Below, piece by piece: positions 21,368 to 33,731 of a DNA stretch of 58,517 nt. Location of the stretch: assembly GCA_001661245.1 (NCBI GenBank), contig KV454012.1, positions 1,411,952 through 1,470,468 of the forward strand, written 5' to 3'. A program made the translations under genes and the position numbers. The notes beneath the pieces are model-generated. The model had not been told where the DNA came from, did no database searches, and was given only the letters and a program-made list of their open reading frames with translations. Position 1 is the first letter of the stretch. Every line of letters begins with the position of its first letter. The stretch comes from Pachysolen tannophilus NRRL Y-2460 (taxonomy: Eukaryota).

Positions 21368-22303
21368 TTAAGCAGCAACTTCTTGTTTATCATGTTCCCA
21401 ATCTTGTTCTGTGAGAGCCATATGTTCGGTATCTTCAGCCAAATCGTTTTCATCGTAAACATCTTCAGCAGCTCTTCTAATTGATAAAGTTGGTTTAACT
21501 TGTGCGGTTTCAAAAGTCCAAGAAGCCAAAGAGTTTTCAGCATCAATGATAATTTGTTTTGAAGCTTCATATCCATCATAAGCAGGTCTTGTTTCACCTG
21601 GAGTAACTGGAGAATCATCCAATAATTCCAACAAGGCTTTACCATAACCAGCAATCAAAGCCAATTTTTCCGAATGTTCTCTTAAAGAATCAAAATGATA
21701 ATTGAAAGCAGCTTTTAATTTTTCTCTTGTAATATTTGATAATTGTGCTTCAGCAACCAAAGATTCAGCTTCTGCTCTAACCAATTCTTGTTCCAAGACA
21801 ACAATTTTTGGAGACAGAGGATCTTTATATTTCAAGTAAGCAATTTGATCTGTAATTTTTTGTTTTCTTTCTCTTGAAGGTTGAACAGAACCTTCAATAT
21901 CTCTAATACCTTTCAAAGTAATACGGTATTGATCATAACGATCAATGAATTGATCTTCCAATTCACCAATTTCATAAATTAAAACACCCAATTTATCGGT
22001 AACATCAGATACATCATCATCATTTTCTTCTCCCCAAAGTGACAATTGCTTTGCTGCTAATTTTCTTTCAGAAGAAGTTAATTCAATTGCTCTCATTACA
22101 TTTTTTTCCATCTTAACCAATTGTGACAATTTCCTAGCCATTTCAGGACCAAAAGAACCCGCGGTAGATCTTCTTAAAGTATTTGTAATTGAACCTTTAC
22201 CAAAAAATCTATTTGTCTTGGTACTTGAAGGTGGTGGTGGTGGACTTTGTAACTGAGAAGCAGTTGGAGCCCTTGAATTTCTCAAAGAATAAGTACGGTG
22301 CAT
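21368..22303 (-). CDS. PIL1: Eisosome BAR-domain protein Pil1 (Pil1/Lsp1 family)
   Basis: MHRTYSLRNSRAPTASQLQ.PPPPPS, IRDIEGSVQPSR, ELVRAEAESLVAEAQLSNITR. The NSR, DIEG and AYLKY residues favour Pil1 over Lsp1. True ATG is at 22303. Confidence 0.9.
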   Translation of the reverse strand: MHRTYSLRNSRAPTASQLQSPPPPPSSTKTNRFFGKGSITNTLRRSTAGSFGPEMARKLSQLVKMEKNVMRAIELTSSERKLAAKQLSLWGEENDDDVSDVTDKLGVLIYEIGELEDQFIDRYDQYRITLKGIRDIEGSVQPSRERKQKITDQIAYLKYKDPLSPKIVVLEQELVRAEAESLVAEAQLSNITREKLKAAFNYHFDSLREHSEKLALIAGYGKALLELLDDSPVTPGETRPAYDGYEASKQIIIDAENSLASWTFETAQVKPTLSIRRAAEDVYDENDLAEDTEHMALTEQDWEHDKQEVAA

Positions 22304-22651
22304 TTTTCTTTTCTTCTTTTCCCCTGTTTTTCTTGTTTTTTTATTTTTTAAAAAATAATAAAATTTAAAACAATTTCTTCTTTTCAATTGATTGATTGAT
22401 TTTTTTTTTAATAAATATATATATTTATATATATATTAATGAATTTCCAATATTAAAATTAATTTCAATTAACTTATTATTAGGAAACAACAATTTTTCT
22501 TTTAAAAAGGGCAATTTGAGTGATACTTATACTTTTTTAAGATTTTCCTGCAATTTCCAAAGAGCAAAAAATAATTTGATAAAACACGCCCCCTCAGAGC
22601 AAATGGGATATCAGGACAATACACAAAGTGTGACCTTTGGGCATGTGGAGC

Positions 22652-22718
22652 GCATAATATAGGCATAATATAGGCGAAACGCAGGCAAAAAGTAGAAAAA
22701 ATCGTAGGCAAATCGTAC
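22652..22718. repeat. Degenerate tandem repeat, six 11-bp units (GCAWAAYRTAG-like), upstream of PIL1
   Basis: gcataatatag gcataatatag gcgaaacgcag gcaaaaagtag aaaaaatcgtag gcaaatcgtac. Confidence 0.7.
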
Positions 22719-23634
22719 TATGTGGAACTAGGAATGTTTTATCCAATGAGGTCATTGTTACAAGCGGTAGCAACAAGAGAGATAGAAAAATATATAATAA
22801 ATATCTAAGATTAATGAATTTTTTTTGCGCAAGTAATAAGTTTTTTAAATAACGTTAATCATTAGGATATAAATTTTGAAACAGCGGTTAACAATTGAAA
22901 AATTTTTTTTTGAAAAATTTGTAGATTGGTTCAACATCCAAGATTAAGCGCCGATGTTTTTTTATGTTAAATATATTATTCCTCTGTGCATTTTAATAAG
23001 GGAAAGAAAAAATTAAATTAAATTGTGTCTTGCCGAATTTGGAAGCTTATCTCTTAGATAGGAAATTGCATAACAAAACTCTTATCTTACCCGGACGCGA
23101 CTTGCCGTTATTTTTTTTTTAAACAAACTAGGTCGTGCGCAACAAGTAGAAAAAAGAACAATAAATATGATTTGACTTGTATTGGGGCAAGAAAAACAGT
23201 TTGCAGCAGCAACAATAAAAAAATATAGAAAAAGTAGTGAACTAAGTGTTGAATTTAGTTAGTTAGTTTTTTAATTTTTTTTTGGTGCATTAGTTTCTTA
23301 GTGCATTAATGCATCAATAATGTAAAGCACCTATTGTATTGTTGATTGCTCTTTTGAATACAAGTGGAGTAGTTAGAAAAAGAAGAAAAAAGAAAAAGGA
23401 AAAAGGTGGTCGTGCGCGCGCCACTCAACTCCAGAAAATGCGGTAATTTAATAGATAAACGTAGGCGAATACTTATAATAGCAAGCGTAGTGCAGTTTTT
23501 CACCATTTCGAATCAGGTTTCTATCAGGTTCTTTGACTTCCATCAACCGCTCCATATATATTTATATATATATATATATATATTTATGAGAGTATTTCTT
23601 TATTGATTCTATTCAAAGTCAATTGATGATAAAT

Positions 23635-24368
23635 ATGTCAAAGTTTTTAAAATTCTACGAATCATCAGTACAAAGAAAACCTCTCTTGACAAATTCTCTA
23701 ACTACAGCAGTAAGTTAAAAAAAAAATTTTTTTCAGGTATTAATTGTGCGTAATATACTAACTAAAATTTATAATGTTTTTTATATTAGTTTTTGTTTGG
23801 TTCTGGAGATGCAATTGCACAACTTTTTTTCACTGAAAATAAACCATTTCCATCATCAGATGCACCAAAACCTTCGATTCTAGCACATTATGACTATCAT
23901 CGAACTTTAAGAGCAATAATATATGGAGGTGCAATTTTTTCATTTATCGGTGATAAGTGGTATAAATTTTTACCAAAAATTAAATTTCCTTCTAAAAAAA
24001 TTAATAATAATAGATTAAATTCAATAAGAGATACAATAACAAGAGTTATTGTAGATCAAACTGTTTTTGCACCAATTGGTATTCCATTATATTATTCTTG
24101 TATGTCAATAATGGAAGGTCAATCTTTTGAAAAATGGCAAGAAAATTTAAAATTAAATTTTTTACCAACTTTATTAACAAATTGGCTGGTTTGGCCATTT
24201 TTCCAATTTTTAAATTTTTCATTAATTCCAGTTCAACATAGATTATTAAGCGTAAACATAGTAAGTATTGCTTGGAATTGTTTCTTAAGTGTTAGAAACG
24301 CAAAAGGTAATGTAAAAGAACCTGATAGTACTAGTCATCCAGTTTATTTCCCACCAGTTCCAGAATAA
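23635..24368 (+). CDS. SYM1: Mpv17/PMP22-family mitochondrial inner-membrane protein Sym1, two exons: 23635-23709 and 23790-24368
   Basis: Exon 1 MSKFLKFYESSVQRKPLLTNSLTTA joins FLFGSGDAIAQ. Motifs PTLLTNW.VWP.FQ..NFS.IP.QHRLL.VN and C-terminal PV.FPPV.E. Confidence 0.93.
23710..23789 (+). other. Spliceosomal intron (80 nt) in SYM1
   Basis: GTAAGT at 23710, TACTAAC at 23756-23762, TAG ending 23789; phase 0. Confidence 0.93.
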
Positions 24369-25553
24369 AAAAGAAACAATATATATATATATATATACAA
24401 CTAATCTACTTCAAACTTATTTTTTTTTTTCTTTTTTTGTTTTTGCTTTAGTTAGTATTACCATCAAAAACTAATATTAATGAAGACATTTATTTCTTAC
24501 AAGATCAAAATCTAATAAATTCAGAGTAGCGGTTCTTTATGTAATTCCTCATATAAAATAGGGCCAAAAGGCAGGAAAAGAATCATCACAATAAAAGATT
24601 TTGAATACATTGTAAAAAAAAAAAAAAAAAAAAAAAAAAGACTTCAAATCATATTTTTTTAAAACTCAATACATACCTTCTATAACCATAAATCCAATAG
24701 TCTTATAAGGAAGAAAAATTCCACTCAATTCAAGAAACAATAAATAAGGAAAAGAAAAAGTAAAAAAAAAGTAAAAAGTAAAAAGATGAAAAGTGAAAAC
24801 TTTTCAACTGAAAAATTTTGGAAACTTCTCTTTTAGTGTTAAGAGAATAGAAAGAGAGAATGAAAAATTATCTTTGAAACAAAGGTAGTGCTCAAAAATA
24901 ACAAAATTATTTGTTTATTCAAATTCTAAGCAGAATGGTGAGCACGACGATTTAACCGCTGTTAAAACAGTATATATTTTTTTATAAGTTTAATATAAAT
25001 ATATATATATATATAATTAATATCATAGTTAAAGCATTGATTTGTCAATCAAGTTAATCAATTGATCAATAATTTTCCAATTTTTGGTTGACTTTTGGTT
25101 TAATTTTATTGTCATTAGTACTAATTTTTATTTTATTTTTTATTTTTTTTTTTTTTCTTTTTTGTTTTCTGGTTTCAACAATCAACACACACAGTCTTTA
25201 TATTTTTTTTTTTCTTTTTCTGGTTTTCTTTTGTTTTGCTTGCAATAATAAGTACTAGTTTTAAAATTCTCATAAAAGTTCAAGGTTTATAATATACCGA
25301 GTGAGAGTGATTAGATTAGAAGAAGTTAATCAATAGTCATTTTGAATTGCAATTGTGGGTTTTTATTTTGATTTCAACTTCTTTTTTTTTTTTTTTTTTT
25401 TTTTTTTCCTGTCCTTAGTGTATTCTTTGTCGGAATTATATTAGCATCATCATCAACATATTAAATATATCAATCAACTGTGAATTTGACGGTTGCTTAA
25501 ATCAAAAAAAAAAAAAAAAAAAAAAAAACAAAATAATACGTACCTGCTGAGGA

Positions 25554-27962
25554 ATGAAAGGTTTCAAAAGCAGATTTACAAGAACAAAGAGTCAGTCTTC
25601 TGGATCCAAGAAGAAGGAAAAGGAAAAGGAAACTTCGGTGCAGCCACATGTTTCATCATCATCACCATCATCATCAAGAGATTCTCTTCCAAAATCAAGC
25701 GGTAAGGCAAATTTTAATGTTAACGCGAATTCAAATTCAAATTCAAATGTAAATTCAAATTCAAACATGAACGCTTCTGTTGCAACGCCAGTTTCACCTT
25801 CGTCAACATCGATCAAAACCTCGCCTTCGTCAACATTGATATCTCCATCTAAAAAATATTCATCTTCATCAGCATCGATTTCTAGCTCGCATTCGTCAAA
25901 ACCAATAACATCATCCCCTTTGGACTCTTCAAATGCTTCTTCCCTGGTGTCACCTGGCTCGTCATCAAATTCCTTAACCACAACTACTCCATCAAAACAG
26001 TCGCCGAAACAACTGTATAGAGTTGCGCCGGCTGTAAACGTTACACCACCAGCAGTGCAACAACCTGTTCCCGTCTTTGGAAGTGGTATGACCACAGCTA
26101 ACAGCAATAGTAGCAGCAACAGTAACAACAACAACAATAATAATAATAGCAATAATAATAATAATAATAATAACATTGGAAATATAGGTAATGGACTATC
26201 ACCAGGAGATGATATAAATATCCCAAGAGCATCACATTCATTTGAAAGATTACCAACACCAACAAAGGAAAATGATATTGATTTTGTAAAATCACCAAAA
26301 AGACATTCTTCTTCAAGGTTTGAACCATCTTTACATGCAACAGATATAGAAAAATTACCAACTTTTGAAGAAGTTGTACCAGAAGAACAAATTGAATTAT
26401 TCATTAGGAAAGTCGATCAATGTGATATCATGTTTGATTTTTATGATCCATCATCTGATATTCGTGGTAAAGAAATTAAAAGATTAACATTACAGGAGTT
26501 AATTGAATTCATTACCACAAATAGTTTTACATATACAGAAGAAATGTATGAACATGTAGTTCATATGTTTAAAGTTAACTTGTTTAGACCAATACCCCCT
26601 CCAGTTAACCCTGTTGGAGATATATATGATCCAGATGAAGATGAACCTGTAAATGAATTATCATGGCCACATATGCAATTAGTTTATGAATTTTTTTTAA
26701 AATTTGTTGAAAGTAGAGATTTTAATCATACAGTAGCGAAACAATACATTGATCATGAATTTGTTTTGAAACTTTTAGAATTATTTGATAGTGAAGACCC
26801 AAGAGAAAGAGATTGCTTAAAGACAACACTTCATAGAATATATGGTAAATTTTTAAGTTTAAGATCATTCATTAGAAAATCAATTAATAATGTTTTTTTA
26901 CAATTTGTTTATGAAACTGAGAGATTTAATGGTGTTGCAGAATTATTAGAAATTTTAGGATCAATTATTAATGGGTTTGCTATTCCTTTGAAAGAAGAAC
27001 ATAAAATATTTCTTTGTCGAGTTTTAATTCCATTACATAAGGTAAAATGTTTATCATTATACCATCCTCAATTGGCTTATTGTACAGTTCAATTTTTGGA
27101 AAAAGATCCACAATTAACTGAAGAAGTAATAATGGGATTGTTAAGATTTTGGCCAAAAGTCAATTCTCCTAAGGAAATAATGTTCTTAAATGAAATTGAA
27201 GATATATTTGAAGTTATGGAACCTTCTGAATTTGTTAAAATTCAAGTTCCTTTATTTGCACAGTTGAGTAAATGTATTAGTTCTCCACACTTTCAAGTTA
27301 GTGAGAAAGTGTTATGTTACTGGAATAATGAATATTTCTTGAATCTTGTTGCCGATAATGCTGATGTTATACTACCCATTATCTTTTCGTCATTATACGA
27401 AATAACTAATCCTCCAAATAGTGATTCGCTTGCGCCACAAGAATCACATCATGAAGTTAGTGGCCAAGTTCCTTTTGATCAATTACCGGAATCTCAGCAG
27501 CAACAGAAATTTGATGAAGAAAATGAAGATATAGTTATGGCTACAAATAACATTAGTATTCATAATGATGTTACTGCGGAATCAGATTTAAATAACAACA
27601 TGGTAAATGATTATTATACGAACCAAGATGAATTTTATGACTTAAACAATGGAAATAATTGGAATAGAACAATACATTCATTGGCTTATAACGCTTTAAA
27701 AGTTTTCATGGATACGACTCCTGCATTATATGATCAGTGTGCCGTTCTCTATCAACAGCAATTAGAAGAACAAAAAGAGAGAATGAAATTGAGAAAGCAA
27801 AGTTGGGCAAAGTTGGAAAGTTACGTAAAGAATTTGAAAGAAAATCAAAATCTTGAGTATCCTCAATCTTCTACAAATAACGAAACTACGGTAGACCTGA
27901 AGAATATCAACAAAGATGATGCTAATAATGAAAACAATGGACATAAGACTGAGAGTGAGTAA
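25554..27962 (+). CDS. RTS1: PP2A B' (B56) regulatory subunit
   Basis: B56 core [56 protein letters not shown]; Ser/Asn-rich N-terminus. Confidence 0.96.
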   Translation: MKGFKSRFTRTKSQSSGSKKKEKEKETSVQPHVSSSSPSSSRDSLPKSSGKANFNVNANSNSNSNVNSNSNMNASVATPVSPSSTSIKTSPSSTLISPSKKYSSSSASISSSHSSKPITSSPLDSSNASSLVSPGSSSNSLTTTTPSKQSPKQLYRVAPAVNVTPPAVQQPVPVFGSGMTTANSNSSSNSNNNNNNNNSNNNNNNNNIGNIGNGLSPGDDINIPRASHSFERLPTPTKENDIDFVKSPKRHSSSRFEPSLHATDIEKLPTFEEVVPEEQIELFIRKVDQCDIMFDFYDPSSDIRGKEIKRLTLQELIEFITTNSFTYTEEMYEHVVHMFKVNLFRPIPPPVNPVGDIYDPDEDEPVNELSWPHMQLVYEFFLKFVESRDFNHTVAKQYIDHEFVLKLLELFDSEDPRERDCLKTTLHRIYGKFLSLRSFIRKSINNVFLQFVYETERFNGVAELLEILGSIINGFAIPLKEEHKIFLCRVLIPLHKVKCLSLYHPQLAYCTVQFLEKDPQLTEEVIMGLLRFWPKVNSPKEIMFLNEIEDIFEVMEPSEFVKIQVPLFAQLSKCISSPHFQVSEKVLCYWNNEYFLNLVADNADVILPIIFSSLYEITNPPNSDSLAPQESHHEVSGQVPFDQLPESQQQQKFDEENEDIVMATNNISIHNDVTAESDLNNNMVNDYYTNQDEFYDLNNGNNWNRTIHSLAYNALKVFMDTTPALYDQCAVLYQQQLEEQKERMKLRKQSWAKLESYVKNLKENQNLEYPQSSTNNETTVDLKNINKDDANNENNGHKTESE

Positions 27963-28054
27963 TGAGGTGAAAGAAAAAAAGAAAAATAAAGGAACAACTT
28001 TTGTTCATTTCTTCTATAGGGTACGATCTGTAAATGCCCAGTATTTTTTTTTTC

Positions 28055-28087
<33 letters not shown>

Positions 28088-28396
28088 TTCTTTTTTTTCG
28101 GCAATATTTTTTAACCAGGATTGCCAAGTATAAATGGTTCGAAAAAGCTGCACACGATTGTTTTCTCCCCTAGTCAAAAGATCTCTTTCCTTTTTCTTAC
28201 TGATAAAAAATACCCTATACTATATATATATATATATATATTCACTTGATATAAAGTTTTTACAACTCCTATTTCTATATCAAGAGAGTCTTGAAGAAGC
28301 TGTAAACTTGAATATCGAGAAGAAGAAGAAATAAGTGAAAGGAAGATTGAAATAGTGGGGAATTTTTTCTTTAATTTTCAGGCATTTTGTTGTATA

Positions 28397-30961
28397 ATGC
28401 TGCATTCGAAATTATTAGTGTCAAATAAAAAAGTATTACTAGTCAAGACAGGAATAACGGTATGTTTATTGTTGTTGATACTAGTTATTTCCTCACTTAT
28501 AGTCAACTCTGAATACGAGACTTCTGTTGTATTTAAATTTGCAAGTTCAAGTTCTTATGATGAATTAATTAATAGCGTGGGGTTGGGGGATAATAATGAA
28601 GTTGAAGAAGGGAAAGAAAAAATTAAACAATCAGTGATACCTATAACAAGAGAAGAAAGATTGAAAACTTTTTTATACCCTGAATTATATAAAAATTTTA
28701 AAGAAAATGGTAATAAAGCTTTAACACAAGTGATAAATAATAGTAAAAGTTTTGGGAAATTTGATAAAAGACTTTTACCTGCTCTTTGGCTTCATTCAAT
28801 TAATAAATACCTTACATTTGATACCCTGGATAAAACAATTTTACCAAAAGATTTTTCATTACCTTTTAATTGGGATTTATTATTAGATGTTTCTAATAAT
28901 ATTCAAAAAAGTGAATATTTTGAAAAAATTATTATTAAAAAAATGAATTGTAAAAATTTTAAAGATATTGCTCCAAATAATCAACCAGAAACTTTTTTAG
29001 ATTTTTTTTGTAATGATTATAATTATGAAAATCCAAATTTTGTCAATGAATATAATTTACCCTTTTCAATATCAAGAAAAGTTGATCAATATTTGTCAGA
29101 TGTTACTTGGAGAAGAATTCATGGTATGATTTATCTGTTAACAGATTTCCCAATTCCTGAAAATGTTGTATTTTTAGGAGCAATAGGTCAAGAGGGGAAA
29201 TTGGGTAAAATATCAGAAAATAGAGCATTGATTATTCCTTTAGAAAAAGTTTCAAATGGACTGAATGATTTAACAAATTTAGAAAAAGTACCTTTACAAA
29301 GTTATTATGAAACATTATCTCAAAATTATATTGATGATCAGTTGGCTAAATCTTCAAAAATGTCTATAGAAGATGTCTTGGCTAATGGTATATCAGTTTT
29401 TGATCAATTAGAAAAATTAAATAATCAATTGAAAAAACTTATTAATAAGAAATCATTGTTAAATTTAGAAAATCCAATTCCTTCATATAAGCCAACAAGA
29501 CCTACATTGATGGGTAAAAATATTGAACTTTTACCTAAAGAAAAACCTGTAAATCTTAATTCATCAGATTTTCAATGGTATTTACCAGAAGTACTTGAAA
29601 ATTTGAAAAATGAAATTGAAACTGCATCAGAATTTGAATCAGTTGATCAGTTAAAACATCTACTTGAATGGGGGGAACTCATTCTGGATAAATCTTTTGA
29701 TTTACCATGGTATTTTGGTGTCGCAAGTGTTGAAAATGAAAACTTGGATCATTATGATTGGAGATTTTTCAATAATTTTACATTTTTAGATAATGATAAG
29801 GTTTTCCATACCCAGGTATTACACAGATTGTCAAGAACTTGGTTTAGACTTTGTCAACAATTTGATATCCCGACATGGCTTAATCACGGTCCCTTAATTG
29901 GTTGGTACTGGAATGGTCTTAGTCTACCATATGATTTTGATTTGGATTTACAATTACCAATTCAATCATTGCATAAACTTTCCAAACTTTTGAATAATAC
30001 GTTGGTTTACGATTTCACTGATGAAACTGATTATGTCAATGAAGCTCATAGAATTGATAACAAGGCTGAATTAGGAGTTACCTCTTATTTATTTGACGTC
30101 AACCCTACTTATTTCGACAGAAATGGAATCCGCAGTGACAAAAACAATATTGATGCAAGATTAATAGATACAGAAACTGGTATATACATTGATATTACTG
30201 CAGTTGCAGATTTCCTTAGTGAAACTGAGTATGATATCGAACAACAAAGGAAAGTTCTCGAAAAAGCCGGAGATAACGGTTATAGAATGATGATTCCACC
30301 AAAGATTGATCAATTTTTTGATGAGACGGGTGATTTTTACAGAGATATTGGGAAAGCAGATATTTTAAGAGATGAATTATATGACAATATTGAAACTTTT
30401 ATGGAAAGTAAAGGAACTGATTCGAGATCGGAAGATTCACCAACGAAAAAACTTTTCACAGATTACGTTCATTGCAAACATTACCATACTTATAAAATTA
30501 GTGAATTATCACCATTGGTTCCTGTATATTTTGAAAACACATTAGCTTACTTACCGTCAAACTGGTACAGAAACATTTTGATTGAGTATGGTTCAACTCA
30601 ACCAATGAAAAACAGGTACTTCAAGGAAAACAAGTTCATCGATGATTTGAGAATGTGGGTAGACTATAATAGCTGCCCTGAATGGGATCTTGATACAGGT
30701 AGCTCATTAGGGGTTTTAGAAGAGTATGAAGTTGCTCAAGAATGTATTAGCATAAATAGAAAGATCTACGATGAATACGATAGGACAATCAACTACACAA
30801 CAATTCATAGTGTCTTCAGAGATCTGATAAAACCAAAAGATTTAAGTACCAAAGGGGTTTCAACTGCTGATTATGAAACTGAATTGAAACCGATTTTAGA
30901 CAAATTTACAGGAAATATTTTGAAACCTAACCCCTGGGTTGCTGAAAACTTATTTAATTGA
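28397..30961 (+). CDS. Mnn4/Mnn14/Pno1-family mannosylphosphate transferase (LicD domain), type II membrane protein
   Basis: N-terminal TM segment; HYDWRFF, WLNHGPLIGWYWNGLSLPYDFDLDLQLPI, NNIDARLIDTETGIYIDITA, VHCKHYH.Y...ELSPL. First ATG is at 28397. Confidence 0.88.
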   Translation: MLHSKLLVSNKKVLLVKTGITVCLLLLILVISSLIVNSEYETSVVFKFASSSSYDELINSVGLGDNNEVEEGKEKIKQSVIPITREERLKTFLYPELYKNFKENGNKALTQVINNSKSFGKFDKRLLPALWLHSINKYLTFDTLDKTILPKDFSLPFNWDLLLDVSNNIQKSEYFEKIIIKKMNCKNFKDIAPNNQPETFLDFFCNDYNYENPNFVNEYNLPFSISRKVDQYLSDVTWRRIHGMIYLLTDFPIPENVVFLGAIGQEGKLGKISENRALIIPLEKVSNGLNDLTNLEKVPLQSYYETLSQNYIDDQLAKSSKMSIEDVLANGISVFDQLEKLNNQLKKLINKKSLLNLENPIPSYKPTRPTLMGKNIELLPKEKPVNLNSSDFQWYLPEVLENLKNEIETASEFESVDQLKHLLEWGELILDKSFDLPWYFGVASVENENLDHYDWRFFNNFTFLDNDKVFHTQVLHRLSRTWFRLCQQFDIPTWLNHGPLIGWYWNGLSLPYDFDLDLQLPIQSLHKLSKLLNNTLVYDFTDETDYVNEAHRIDNKAELGVTSYLFDVNPTYFDRNGIRSDKNNIDARLIDTETGIYIDITAVADFLSETEYDIEQQRKVLEKAGDNGYRMMIPPKIDQFFDETGDFYRDIGKADILRDELYDNIETFMESKGTDSRSEDSPTKKLFTDYVHCKHYHTYKISELSPLVPVYFENTLAYLPSNWYRNILIEYGSTQPMKNRYFKENKFIDDLRMWVDYNSCPEWDLDTGSSLGVLEEYEVAQECISINRKIYDEYDRTINYTTIHSVFRDLIKPKDLSTKGVSTADYETELKPILDKFTGNILKPNPWVAENLFN

Positions 30962-31272
30962 AAAAATAAAAACATTATAAAATTTATCATAAATACTGCT
31001 CACGTTTTCTGACATGTTTCGTTATGCTTTTTTTTTCAATTTTTTTTTTTTTTGTTATCAGTTGAATCTTATTTGTATTTTTTGTAACTTGGTTTTGTTA
31101 ATGGTATGTCATTTGAATTTTAATTAGCAATTTGTTTTTTTTTTTTTTTTTTTTATTATTTTTCTCTTTCTTCTTTATGGAAGTCCTAATTTTCATTTAC
31201 TGTTGTACGATTAAATGTTCTATAATTTAGAATATCAATAGCATGTTTTAATAATTATTATGATTATGAATA

Positions 31273-32487
31273 TCATTCTAAAGGCTTGTAGTAGTTTATA
31301 TGTCTTTCTTCAATATTGATACGGTATCCAACTTTTAACTCATAATTCACATCCAACTGAATACCGTGGACTCCTAAAAAGAAGAAATTTTTTTGGCCAG
31401 GATCTATTCTTCTGTATTGGGCCAATTTTCTTGAGATCCTGTTTAATTTATCAGTTATACCAGTTTTGCAATTGATATTTGGAATTGTACATCGTGGACA
31501 TTTGGATATTATTAACCATTTTTTATTAATTGGTGTTATATTTATTGTTGACCAAGTATCTATTTGATAAGGATCTTCCCCTGTAACTACTAAGTTTGGT
31601 CGAAAATTTTCATATGATACTTGGAAACTTGATGAATCATTATCATCGTCCTGGTTTATCCTACATTCCAAATCTCTGATATCCGCTTCATTCATAATCA
31701 ATGATGGGAAATATTCTTGAAATCTTGTTGATAATTGTTTGAAATCTTTATTCAAAGTTAAAGATTTTGGTACATTTGTCTTAACAAATTTTCCCTTTTG
31801 TGAATAAAGGAAATTGATTTTTTTAGAAGATTGGAAATTGATAAATTTAATAAAAGAATCTGGAATTTCAAATTTATCCAATACAAATGTTGTAAAATTA
31901 ACCCCCCATAAATGAGCAGGAAACTCTCCATGAGAGCTACAATTATTTTTTAAAAAATTTTCATCCATTACAGTTGGTAATTTAAAGCTTTCATTACCGT
32001 CCTCCCAACTTATTTTGAAAAAAAAATCACCATCAAATTCTACTTTACATAAACATAACTTAGGGCATTCTCGTTGTGTTATTGACTTGTATTTTTGTAA
32101 CTTCTCATCCCATACCCCTAACATGTACATCCGATCATACTGAAATCCAAACCCATCTATCACACATTTATCAACAATTATTCCTTTAAAAGACTTTATC
32201 GGATATATGATAATCTTTAAAATCTTGATCTCCTTAAATTTGTCTTTATTTAAAATTTCTTCAAATTTTCTTAAAGGAGGAAACATAAAACTGCATACCG
32301 ATAAAATTGGGAACAAAAATCTGGATTGTAATTTATATTTTATATTTATCAATTTTATAAAAACAAAAGTGAAAAATGTTGGTTTATTCAATTTTAACTT
32401 CAACACATCTTCCACTATATAAGATGCTAAAAACACAAAATTTACAACAACTAGCACAAGATAAAAGCCCAACGTAATAAATCCCAT
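31273..32487 (-). CDS. MOSC-domain protein (mARC-like) with N-terminal membrane anchor
   Basis: MOSC_N motifs IYPIKS, YDR.YM, TQRECPKL; MOSC motifs FRPNLVV.G, C.RC.IPN, YRRID.G. First ATG is at 32487. Confidence 0.85.
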   Translation of the reverse strand: MGFITLGFYLVLVVVNFVFLASYIVEDVLKLKLNKPTFFTFVFIKLINIKYKLQSRFLFPILSVCSFMFPPLRKFEEILNKDKFKEIKILKIIIYPIKSFKGIIVDKCVIDGFGFQYDRMYMLGVWDEKLQKYKSITQRECPKLCLCKVEFDGDFFFKISWEDGNESFKLPTVMDENFLKNNCSSHGEFPAHLWGVNFTTFVLDKFEIPDSFIKFINFQSSKKINFLYSQKGKFVKTNVPKSLTLNKDFKQLSTRFQEYFPSLIMNEADIRDLECRINQDDDNDSSSFQVSYENFRPNLVVTGEDPYQIDTWSTINITPINKKWLIISKCPRCTIPNINCKTGITDKLNRISRKLAQYRRIDPGQKNFFFLGVHGIQLDVNYELKVGYRINIEERHINYYKPLE

Positions 32488-32519
32488 TACCACTTATCAC
32501 CATTATAATATCCTTTCAT

Positions 32520-32556
<37 letters not shown>

Positions 32557-32583
32557 ATTAGTAACATCTCTATATATATATAG

Positions 32584-32851
32584 NNNNNNNNNNNNNNNNN
32601 NNNNNNNNNNNNNNNNNNNNNNNNNNNNNNNNNNNNNNNNNNNNNNNNNNNNNNNNNNNNNNNNNNNNNNNNNNNNNNNNNNNNNNNNNNNNNNNNNNNN
32701 NNNNNNNNNNNNNNNNNNNNNNNNNNNNNNNNNNNNNNNNNNNNNNNNNNNNNNNNNNNNNNNNNNNNNNNNNNNNNNNNNNNNNNNNNNNNNNNNNNNN
32801 NNNNNNNNNNNNNNNNNNNNNNNNNNNNNNNNNNNNNNNNNNNNNNNNNNN
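32584..32851. other. Assembly gap (N run)
   Basis: N run; both flanks carry similar (AT)n-TCACATT..AACATCTCTATATA sequence. Confidence 1.
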
Positions 32852-32882
32852 CTACTACTACTACACTATATATATCTTCTAT

Positions 32883-32916
<34 letters not shown>

Positions 32917-33491
32917 TCACATTGAACATCTCTATATACTATATAGCCATATAGCTATTTATGTCCTCATCTTCATATTTAATACCCACATTACCCGCCG
33001 CACACAATACTCACTCAATAAGGAGTCATCATGACTCAACAGAGGCGCTGGAAATATTTGAAAAAATATTTATTTTTCTAGGGCTGTTTGTATGTGCTTG
33101 TGTGTGTTTGTTTTTTTCTCTTTTTTTATTTTTTCCCCCTCCTTCCCGTTTTGAATAAACTAGCGGAACTTCAAGGGTTCAGAACGGGTCCACTGCGGAC
33201 AAATTTTTTCCATTTTCTAATTTTTTCCCCCCAAGGGTAGTGCGAGCGGGCCCCCAGTTAAATTGTCAAGGTGATGAGGAAGATGAAAACGATTAGATTA
33301 CAATTACGAAATGATTAGATACCAGAATCTAATTTCTCTAGTCTTTATAGTCTCTTGAGTTCTTATCTTTATAAAAATTGATAAGCTAATGTATGCGTCC
33401 GTTATTATCGGTTGTTATTTTGGGGACAATATAGATTAGTTAGTTAATCAGTTAATAAAATTAATTCGGTGCGTTTCCTAAATAGTTAATC

Positions 33492-33511
33492 GGAATGTTC
33501 TGGAAGGTTCC
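33492..33511. promoter_or_regulatory. Perfect four-unit heat-shock element (Hsf1 site)
   Basis: gGAAtgTTCtgGAAggTTCc = nGAAn-nTTCn-nGAAn-nTTCn, about 220 bp upstream of HSP104. TATATAAA at 33619-33626. Confidence 0.9.
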
Positions 33512-33731
33512 GGTATTTTATAGTATAATCTGGAATACTTTTATTATATTGCGATGACTACTCTTTAATTGAAATTTAATGAAAACCTTACGATATTTAA
33601 TTATTAGCAATTGATTGTTATATAAAGATAGATGAACATCATATTGAGTTGAAGAATTGTTATTTTAATTTTTTTTTTTTTTATTAAATTTAAATTTAAA
33701 TTTATATACTTAAAATATATAATATTAGATA

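Noticed and set aside
24938..25194. Possible 5'-UTR intron of RTS1 (TACTAAT at 25119, CAG ending 25194)
   Set aside because: No consensus donor, and the branch-to-acceptor distance (about 70 nt) is unlike the other introns; needs RNA data.
25592..26404. Long antisense ORFs (also 9013-9663, 6124-6699, 1534-1965, 35759-36175, 38817-39203)
   Set aside because: Shadows of real genes; the poly-Leu runs are antisense AAT/AAC microsatellites.
32515..32950. Apparent direct duplication on either side of the N gap
   Set aside because: Both flanks look like error-prone reads of the same (AT)n locus; probably overlapping contig ends, not a real duplication.
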